Assembly (NCBI RefSeq): GCF_006345805.1
Contig: NW_021828716.1
Coordinates: 1-7,682, forward strand
From: Octopus sinensis
Lineage: Eukaryota
Reading direction: 5' to 3'
Length of the DNA: 7,682 nt
The notes under the pieces are model-generated. The model did not search any database. It was given only the letters and a program-made list of their open reading frames with translations, and was not told where the DNA came from. The position numbers were made by a program, and so were the translations under genes. Every line of letters begins with the position of its first letter. The stretch's first letter is position 1. Positions 1 to 7,272 of this stretch are shown here, piece by piece.

Positions 1-44
<44 letters not shown>

Positions 45-50
45 TATATA
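1..50. repeat. (TA)n microsatellite, truncated by window start
   Basis: Near-perfect TA dinucleotide run with one C interruption. Confidence 0.98.
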
Positions 51-612
51 GATATTTACAACAGCTTCGTAAACGTTCATCAAACATAACTCAGAAATAC
101 CGCGACTATAGTTATTATAACATCACAATCACCAGACAGGCTACAATTCTCTGCATTTCTTAGGCATCAGCTGTGTTTACATAATTGTAATGGTGTCGTG
201 TACAGTCTGTGGGATCAGCGAGGAACCTATTCTTCGCAAACAGTGCTGCTTACTCAGCTACACACGGTTATATACTGTGACGACCAATTCAACTTACTAG
301 GTTCCTTTGTCCAATTTTAGGAGATATTTCATGTCATTTAATCTGAAATTGTAAGGGTTTTTAGCAGTGTGTAATAGTTAGAGATTGCTTTTTATAAGTA
401 TATTAATGCTGAGCTATGAACTATATAGTTATATTTTTATCGTGCGTTGATGTAGGCAATAACATCACTAGGCTTAGATTTTCAATTGGGCAGTCGGTGA
501 GTTGCTGAATTTTAGATATGTGAATAAACAAAAGAACGCACCAGTATAGTGAATTTCTAGCGAATATCTACCGATGTATCTTTCGTCGATTGCTCCACCA
601 GACACACACACA

Positions 613-790
613 TCTACTACATATGTGGGAAATTCTGTCTGTGGGTGTGTTTGTGAAGTTGTTAGCTAACTCCTCCTACATCGCTTGATCGATTTTGATG
701 AAACTTGACACGTGAGTAGAACTCATGTCTGGAAAGCTCATGGCATACTCAGATTGATGAAATAAATCGATAATTGGGCCCTTGAAAGGG
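613..790 (+). mobile_element. Non-autonomous Helitron-like element, 5' segment
   Basis: Begins A|TCTACTACATAT (5' TC after a host A), then a TCTGTCTGTGGGTGTGT tract and GATCGATTTTGATGAAACTTGACAC. This layout resembles 5' ends of invertebrate non-autonomous Helitrons as I recall them. The 3' end is not securely identified. Confidence 0.5.
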
Positions 791-877
791 ATCCTTATAT
801 ATATCTAATATATTTTATTTAAAAACCAAGAGAAATAACCAATTCATTTTCCTAAATTATTTCGTAAAAATGAAATA

Positions 878-1370
878 GAGTATTCTTATTTCCTAGTATT
901 TGAATTGTTAGAGCTATTTTCGCAATGTATCCAGTACAACCCTTAAACAAGTAAGTAGTATTTTCCTAAACACTAGATCCACTTATTTCGGTTGGTGACT
1001 TATTCATGAATATACCAACACTAGCGCCGCTGTGGGTAGTATTCTCTGGGAACGCACAAAAGCCCTTTTCAGAGTTATTTACTTTGAATTGTTATTACGT
1101 AAAATGCATCACGATTTTAGTATACACACCTTATTAGCATTTCCTCCTATGTTCTATATATTCTAGGAACACATTAAAGCCCTTTTCGGGACTACTTTAT
1201 TTGAATTCTTACTCTCAGGTAACTAATTTCATGTTATTACATAACTGACTTCACAATTTGGGTATTCATGACTTATTGGGAATTCATAAAAGCAAGATCC
1301 TGTGTAAGACAGTTCGGTATTCTCTGTAAATGCAGGAAAACCGTTTTACTTTGTATTGTTGCTACTGGAT
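878..1370 (+). repeat. Degenerate array of direct repeats
   Basis: AAAGCCCTTTTC exact at 1059-1070 and 1176-1187; GTATTCTCTG at 1039-1048 and 1317-1326; TGACTTATT at 996-1004 and 1269-1277; TTTG(A/T)ATT(G/C)TT near 899, 1083, 1200 and 1350. Confidence 0.7.
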
Positions 1371-1448
1371 TAGCGAAACAATTATGAGAACGAAACCAAG
1401 GGATAAGCCCCGCTTTCCCGGGAATTAACAGTCACATTAGAATGCATG

Positions 1449-1469
1449 CACACACACACACACAACACA
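1449..1469. repeat. (CA)n microsatellite
   Basis: Direct reading of the sequence. Confidence 0.95.
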
Positions 1470-1900
1470 ATTACATACATGCACTTACATAAATACAAAA
1501 GATTGACACATGTGTATATGGTATTATATCATTTATATCATATGCCAAAGATGTAAGACAAATATAGCAAAAAAAAGTAGTCCAAGATGATTCTTAGGTG
1601 TTTCAAAACTTCAGCGACTGGTTGTTGTAACAGTGTGTATTATGCAAATAGGTGCGCATACTGGTGCAGTAATACATATCAAACAAATAGAAGACATGAA
1701 AACAGAAGCATGAAATCCCAGTATAGATCATGGTCAGAAGCTCAGAAGTACCGAATCCTTTTTGATCAGTATCAGAGGTTTAAACCTTTTCCTTACTCTA
1801 TCAGTGTCTTTTCCAGTGACGCAAATAATTTTACAATGATTGTTAGTGATAAGCACAAACACGTTCGCACACGCGCCCATGTACACAGTTACAAACATAA

Positions 1901-1925
1901 ACACACACACACACACACACACACA
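1901..1925. repeat. (CA)n microsatellite
   Basis: Perfect AC run; source of the HTHT/VCVC tracts in overlapping ORFs. Confidence 0.97.
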
Positions 1926-2121
1926 AGCACAAAAACCAAGCATGTATGTATATAGCTATATTTCTATATTTATAAGTATATACACACTCAATGGGCTTCT
2001 GCAGAATTTGCATTTTTCAAATAAACGCAAATTATCGGCCTTGGGTCCTGTCGAAGAAACTTTCCCCAGTTGCTGTGGAATGAGAATGAACACAAAACTA
2101 TGAGTAGTGAAGCGATGTCTG

Positions 2122-2191
2122 CACAGACACACGCACGCACGCGCACACACAAACTCACCTGTTTGTACATTATATGAATAGAGAGAGAGAG
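2122..2191. repeat. Short (CA)/(CACG) tract (2122-2151) and (GA)n tract (2180-2191)
   Basis: Direct reading of the sequence. Confidence 0.85.
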
Positions 2192-2514
2192 CGTGGGGCG
2201 AGAGAAAGATACTATCAAAATAGTGGATATACAAGAGAGGGATTTAGTGTCTGATTTACAGGGGAAAACAAGTTCTCATGACTGAAAGCATTTCATCTTA
2301 AATCTAAAGAATCTCAGCTAAACAACAACTATAATGTTTTCATGCAACGGGGAATCCTCTACGGCTAGGATTTCAACCTTTATTTTATTATTTATTCCCA
2401 TGGGTTTGATGATATATTTCCATTTATTCCTTAGTCTCCAGTAAAGTTACATATTAAATCTCATTACATAAGCCTTTATCATGCATACTCTTTAAGATAA
2501 CATGTTAACGTGTT

Positions 2515-2640
2515 TCTATATATGTTAGCACATACGCATACACATATATTTATATGCATATATACAGAGGTAGGAAGATAGATATACAAATATACGTATA
2601 TATACATAAATATGTGTATATATAGTTATATATATAAGGT
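2515..2640. repeat. Degenerate (TA)n low-complexity tract
   Basis: Interrupted TA/TACA/TATG runs. Confidence 0.8.
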
Positions 2641-2707
2641 AGTAAAGTAATATACGAGTTGATATGGATAAGGAAAATAAGATAAGATAGAAAATACTAA
2701 AATGATT

Positions 2708-2909
2708 TTATCATGAAGAACATTTTAGTACCGGTTTCCCCTCTTTTAAACTTTTTCAACTAAGAGTAAAATAAGGAAAACAAATAAGTTGGAGAAAAAA
2801 ATCTAAATTGGAGAAACATTTTTCTGGAATTTAATTGTTTTTCTTATTTTACTCTTAGGTGAGAAAGTCTAAAAGTCGGAAACCGGTAGTAAAATATATG
2901 TCATGATAA
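2708..2909. mobile_element. Foldback element / MITE with ~80-bp imperfect terminal inverted repeats
   Basis: Left arm 2708-2787 against the reverse complement of 2831-2909 gives 67/80 identities by hand alignment (shared blocks TACCGGTTTCC and CTAAGAGTAAAATAAG). Spacer is 43 nt. Ends read TA|TCATGA...TCATGA|TA, compatible with a TA target duplication. Confidence 0.85.
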
Positions 2910-2947
2910 CATTATTGTAGCATTTTTTACCTTGTCTTATTTTCTTT

Positions 2948-3075
2948 ATATATATATACACACAAGATATGTGTGTATAGATAGATAGAGATAGATAGTA
3001 GATAGATGATAGTTAGATAGATAGATAGATATATAGATAGATAGATAGATAGATAGATAGATGCATACATTTATT

Positions 3076-3110
<35 letters not shown>

Positions 3111-3210
3111 GTATATATATATATGTATATACATATACATATACATATATAAATATACATATAATTATACATACACGCACGCCACGCACATACACACACA
3201 TGTATGTACA
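2948..3210. repeat. Compound microsatellite (TA)-(TAGA)n-(TA/TACA)n-(CA)
   Basis: (TAGA)n about 2978-3062, (TA)n-rich about 3076-3170, then CA-rich. Confidence 0.97.
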
Positions 3211-3249
3211 TGAGCCTTAATGGTAACTTCGACATAATATCAAATAACC

Positions 3250-3680
3250 ACCTACACGAATGTCACTGATAGATTATTCCTGGCCAGATGCCAAACGAAC
3301 AGAAAAATATCATCTGCGTAATATGAGAAAATATAAGAAAGTGACTGCTCTACAAATTACTTGAAAACTTCAAACCATAGATTGATGATGTTCTTTGCGT
3401 AGTCGACAGTCCTCCTCCAAACAAGCTTGGTAGCGTAGTATCTGTGATTACATATCTGTGTGAAACACATGCGTCAGGTATATAAACCAGCAAGACCTTT
3501 TTTGCGTTCCCATGCCACTCGAAAGATTATTAAGACTACGAAGTCAATTGGTCAGGGTGTATTTGTAGAGGTTTGTCTTGAAATAGATGTTGTAATCTTG
3601 TTCGAATAACGAAGGAAATTACCTACATAAACATTATCATTTTGATTACATCTCTATAAACTAACAAATGTGTAGCATTT
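3250..3680 (-). mobile_element. Decayed non-LTR retrotransposon (LINE) reverse transcriptase fragment
   Basis: Minus-strand translation in order: YRDVIKMIMFM*VISFVIRTRL (same spacing as the YRPISLL....KI......RL motif, with the K codon as TAG), IHPDQ (3562-3548), KKVLLVYI..ACVSH, then after a 14-nt local duplication RYYATKL...NIINLW, then SYYADDIFLF (YADD = 3320-3309) and W...NNLS. Several stops and deletions. Clade not assignable by eye. Confidence 0.65.
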
Positions 3681-3967
3681 ACCTACACCAACAGATTTTA
3701 GTATACACAGTTGCATAAACAATTCCGTTTATGTAAACCCTCGGACAGTTTACATCAATAACAAACAGACAGATCGACGATTATATGAGCCACCTGGCAG
3801 ATTACGATCCCTATGGCTACAAAATAACCAGATTACGAAGTTGTTTACAACGATAACTAGATTTTATGCACAAAGTTCCTCTATACCGATCCAAAACTAA
3901 TAATACTTTACATATAACACCGAAATGTAAAAATCCTCTCCTATACTCACATAAATCAATATATTAT

Positions 3968-4120
3968 ATCTACAAAATTACTATATTTCACACAATAATC
4001 TGTTAAAATGTTCGGATTTTGCCAAGAAAATCAGATCAGATCTACAAAATTATTAAATTAGATGTTCAGAATACTTGCCAGTGTCTGCACTGCTTGCAAC
4101 ATTGGGTTTGCCAAAGACAT
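3968..4120 (+). repeat. Degenerate local tandem duplication
   Basis: ATCTACAAAATTA exact at 3968-3980 and 4040-4052, each followed by ATGTTC(G/A)GA..TTGCCA (about 4008-4024 and 4062-4080). Confidence 0.6.
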
Positions 4121-4349
4121 AAAACCAGCATAATCATAAAACTACTGAACTACACAATTTACTAATGTAATCGCTGTATTATATTAGGTTGGATTACTTC
4201 TCTCACGTTTACAAAATAAGCAACACAATCCTGTATTTTTAGGGAACATATTTTACGTCGAATGTCCAAGTCAAATATTTATATACACAAAATGGCTTTA
4301 TGTGTATTACTAAGTAATTTATAATACTCTATAATAAATGTTTCATTAT

Positions 4350-4495
4350 GTGGTAAAGCATCGGTCAAAACATCTGTGGTATTTAGTTACAATTCTTTAA
4401 ATTGTGAGTTCAGTTCACACCAAGCTCAACTTCGTGTTCCGTCCTTCCGAATTCCTTAAAATAATATAACAGCTAAGGACTTGTTGATTCAATAT
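4350..4495 (+). mobile_element. Old, highly diverged tRNA-derived SINE of a second family
   Basis: CGGTCAAAACATCTGTGGTATTTAGTT...GTGAGTTCAGTTCACACCAAGCTCAACTT...TCCGTCCTTCCG...TAAAATAA follows the order of a coleoid SINE I recall (..GACAAAATG..GGTATTT..TGAGTTCAAAT..GAGGTCRACTTTGCCTTTCATCCTTTCGGGGTCGATAAAATAAG). Comparison is from memory only. Confidence 0.55.
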
Positions 4496-4608
4496 TCACA
4501 TAAGACAGAACTAGATATGAACGGAATTTTAAAAGATGATATAATTTAGTGGCTTTTTAAGGCTGTAAAAAAATTTGTGCTAAAATAAACACGGAAATCT
4601 CTACAATA

Positions 4609-5027
4609 GGCGCAGGAGTGGATGTGTGGTAAGTAGCTTGTCTACCAACCACATGGTTCCGGGTTCAGTCCCACTGCGTGGCACCTTGGGCAAGTGTCTT
4701 CTACTCTAGCCTCGGGCCGACCAAAGCCTTGTGAGTGGATTTGGTAGACGGAAACTGAAAGAAGCCCGTCGTATATATGTATATATATATATGTATGAGT
4801 GTGTGTGTTTGTGTGTCTGTGTTTGTCCCTTAGCATTGCTTGACAACCGATGCTGGTGTGTTTATGTCCCCGTTACTTAGCGGTTCGGCAAGAGAGACCG
4901 ATAGAATAAGTACTGGGCTTACAAAAGAATAAGTCCCGGGGTCGAGTTGCTCCATTAAAGGCGGTGCTCCAGCATGGCCGCAGTCATATGACTGAAACAA
5001 GTAAAAGAGTAAAAGAGCAAAGAGTAA
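4609..5027 (+). mobile_element. Near full-length tRNA-derived SINE (octopus type) with internal microsatellite
   Basis: A-box-like TGGATGTGTGG (4619-4629), B-box-like GGTTCAGTCCC (4662-4672), CORE-like CCTTGGGCAAGT, internal (TA)n/(TG)n about 4772-4820, and a 3' tail ending GTAAAAGA GTAAAAGA GCAAAGA GTAA. Homologous to the copies at 6295 and 6941 in this window. Confidence 0.92.
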
Positions 5028-5404
5028 TAGAAAGAAATATATTTGTGTATATACAGGCTGTGTTATACAATAATTTATATTTAATGCGTAACATAGAAAC
5101 AAATGTGGAATGTGTGATGGGTTTCGGTTACCATTCTAAAACCATTATATTGCGTATGATATGGTTATACAAATGTAGCACATTACATATCTGACCTTTT
5201 TGATACACAAACACGTAAATAGCAGTCATCATTTGGCTTTTGCAGATGGCATTGCACATGTTCTTCTTGATGCAGATTAAGAGTGAGTTTTATTTATATA
5301 AAATCTTCTAAGTATACATTTGTATATTTAAAAATGTCGTGTTCTAAATTTCTTGCTGACGGGTTTATTGAGATGACATTTATATCTTCATATTCACACG
5401 TAAA

Positions 5405-5474
5405 TGTGTGTGTGTGTGAATGTATATGCACACTCACACGCATACACACACACCACACACACACATACATACAC
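5405..5474. repeat. (TG)n directly followed by (CA)n microsatellite
   Basis: (TG)7 at 5405-5418; CA-rich tract 5429-5474. Confidence 0.9.
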
Positions 5475-5784
5475 TGGAGTTAACGTATTAATGTCTCGAG
5501 GCATGCGTATTCTGTACATGGACAAGGCAGATAGTGAAGCAAGAATACAAAATCCCCAGCGATTTTTTAAAGCATAAGCTCAAAGGTTTTTGACTGTTGT
5601 TAAGATAGAGATCAATATTAACAGAATCTGCAATGGTTAAACTAAGGTTTAGCTATTAATGTCAGTTTTTTAGGTAAACGTTGGCAGGTAACAGCGGTCG
5701 GAAACAAACTGATAACAGCTCAGTTCAGAGTTAACATGACGTAACTTTTACATGAAACAATTAGCAAGTTCTATTTAATAATAG

Positions 5785-5805
5785 CCCCACCCCTGTCCCC
5801 ATCCC
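5785..5805 (-). other. Canonical G-quadruplex-forming motif (i-motif on the + strand)
   Basis: The + strand CCCC-A-CCCC-TGT-CCCC-AT-CCC equals minus-strand GGG-AT-GGGG-ACA-GGGG-T-GGGG: four G-runs of at least 3 with loops of 2, 3 and 1 nt. Confidence 0.7.
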
Positions 5806-6009
5806 AATACAGACGTTAGTCTGATTCCTGCTTGATTGGTTAGCTGGTTAGTTGGTTCGTCGGGTGACTGGTTGTCTTGTCTTTTTCATCGTAAAGTGAG
5901 AGAGGGAGGGAGGGAGTACAAGACAGATGCAGAGAGAATTATCATAACAGATGCAGGATATGTGCACGTGCGAAGTTTGGTGACAGGCAATGAGTAGAGG
6001 AATGCTATG

Positions 6010-6064
6010 CACACTCATACACATACATATACATACACACACACACACACATACATACACACAC
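6010..6064. repeat. (CA)/(TACA) microsatellite
   Basis: Direct reading of the sequence. Confidence 0.95.
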
Positions 6065-6294
6065 AGAGAGTGAAAGAGAAATGATCAGAGATATTGGAGG
6101 AGGTGGAGTAAATGAAAGAGGATTAAATGACAGGTGATAAATATTCTTTTGAAAATTAATATTCATTTTATCATTTCATATAGGCATCAAGAAATTCGAG
6201 AAACGTCATATTATAATTATTGCACGTATAGTATATTTCCTGATATTACACCTGGTGCCAAAAGCACACTTTTAAAGTCAACCGTCAAATGTTT

Positions 6295-6657
6295 GGTAAC
6301 AGGTGTGACTCTGTGGTAAGAATTCAGACTCACTGCGTGGAACCTTGGGGAAGTATCTTTTATTATAAGCCGACCAAAGTTTTGTGAGTGGATTTGGTAG
6401 ATGGAAACTGAAAGAAGCCCGTCGTATATGTGTGTGTGTGTCTGTGTTTGTCCCCTAACACCGCCTGACCACCGGTGTTGATTTTTTCCATCCTCCTAAT
6501 TTAGCAGTTCGGTAAAAGTATTTTAATTTAGCAATTCGATAGAATAAGTACAAGCATTAAAAAAAAATAAGTGCTGGGATCGATTTGTTCGACTAAAGAC
6601 TGTAAAAGGCGGTGCCCCAGCATGACCACAGTCTAATGACGGAAACAAATAAAAGAT
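6295..6657 (+). mobile_element. Diverged copy of the same SINE with a head deletion
   Basis: Aligns to 4609-5008 (for example TGTGAGTGGATTTGGTAGA.GGAAACTGAAAGAAGCCCGTCGTATAT and AAAGGCGGTGC.CCAGCATG.CC.CAGTC). About 28 nt are missing between the A- and B-box regions. Internal duplication TAATTTAGCA(G/A)TTCG at 6497-6511 and 6524-6538. Confidence 0.9.
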
Positions 6658-6734
6658 AACGCCCTAGTACAATTCATAATATACCCCTAATATCACTAAA
6701 TATATTTCAGATATATGTCAGTAAAATTACGAAG

Positions 6735-6800
6735 TGTGTATATATGCGTGTGTGTGTGTGTGTGAGACAGAGAGGGGGGTAGAAAGAGATAGAGAGAGAT
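6735..6800. repeat. (TG)n-(GA)n compound microsatellite
   Basis: Direct reading of the sequence. Confidence 0.92.
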
Positions 6801-6940
6801 TGTCAGTGTGTATGTGTATGTGTGATTACATACGACTACATACTTATGTAAAAATGCAAACACAAACACACACGCACATATACTTATATATGTGCATCAT
6901 TAATATGTATACGATATATCCGTGTGTGTACATGTATATA

Positions 6941-7036
6941 GGCGCTGGGGTGGCCTTGTGGAAAGAAGTTTGCTTCCCAGGCCTCATGGTACCGGGTTCA
7001 GTCTCACTGCGTGGTACTTCCAGCAAGTGTCTTCTA
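6941..7036 (+). mobile_element. 3'-truncated SINE copy (tRNA head only)
   Basis: GGCGCTGGGGTGGCCTTGTGG...CATGGTACCGGGTTCAGTCTCACTGCGTGG...GCAAGTGTCTTCTA aligns to 4609-4703; A-box-like 6951-6961, B-box-like 6995-7005. Confidence 0.88.
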
Positions 7037-7102
7037 GATAGGTAGATTGATAGATAGACAGACAGACAGACAGACAGGCAAACAGACAGACAGACAGGCA
7101 GG

Positions 7103-7133
<31 letters not shown>

Positions 7134-7134
7134 G

Positions 7135-7165
<31 letters not shown>

Positions 7166-7238
7166 GCAAACAGACAGACAGACAGACAGACAGATAGACA
7201 GACAGATAGATAGATAGATAGACAGACATATAGATAGA

Positions 7239-7272
<34 letters not shown>

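Noticed and set aside
163-320. Plus-strand open frame containing IYCDD (273-284) as a possible second RT relic
   Set aside because: Only one non-canonical motif; no convincing upstream RT motifs at the right spacing.
495-540. CGGTGAGTTGCTGAATTTTAGA resembling a SINE head
   Set aside because: Too short and diverged; no B-box or body follows.
1642-1649. Octamer ATGCAAAT
   Set aside because: A single 8-mer is expected by chance in AT-rich DNA of this length.
1734-2234. ORFs 1734-1943, 1840-2103, 1956-2234 and 1988-2218
   Set aside because: Built around (CA)n and (GA)n tracts; no recognisable domain.
3013-3201. 62-aa minus-strand ORF
   Set aside because: Pure microsatellite translation.
3361-3455. 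Apparent 95-nt minus-strand exon (CACAG|ATA...TTCAA|GTAATT) encoding ICNHRYYATKLVWRRTVDYAKNIINLWFEVF
   Set aside because: Better explained as part of the RT relic, whose frame continues to YADD beyond the supposed donor.
3470-3606. Plus-strand peptide KIIKTTKSIGQGVFVEV resembling a kinase glycine-rich loop
   Set aside because: Lacks the third Gly and any downstream VAIK lysine, and is antisense to the RT relic.
3356-3653. Minus-strand frame of about 98 codons broken only by two TGA codons (possible Sec or mitochondrial-code reading)
   Set aside because: No similarity to mitochondrial proteins or selenoproteins that I recognise; explained by the decayed RT.
3712-3848. Overlapping small hairpins (ATGTAAAC/GTTTACAT at 3731-3755) and forkhead-like TGTTTAC/RYAAAYA words
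   Set aside because: Short AT-rich words expected by chance; probably within the TE relic.
4609-4680. tRNA gene
   Set aside because: A/B-box-like motifs are present, but there is no complete cloverleaf and it continues into the SINE body.
4642-5194. ORFs 4642-4836, 4830-5102 and 4964-5194
   Set aside because: They lie mostly or partly within the SINE and its AT-rich flank.
5901-5916. GGGAGGGAGGGAG as a plus-strand G4
   Set aside because: Only three G3 runs.
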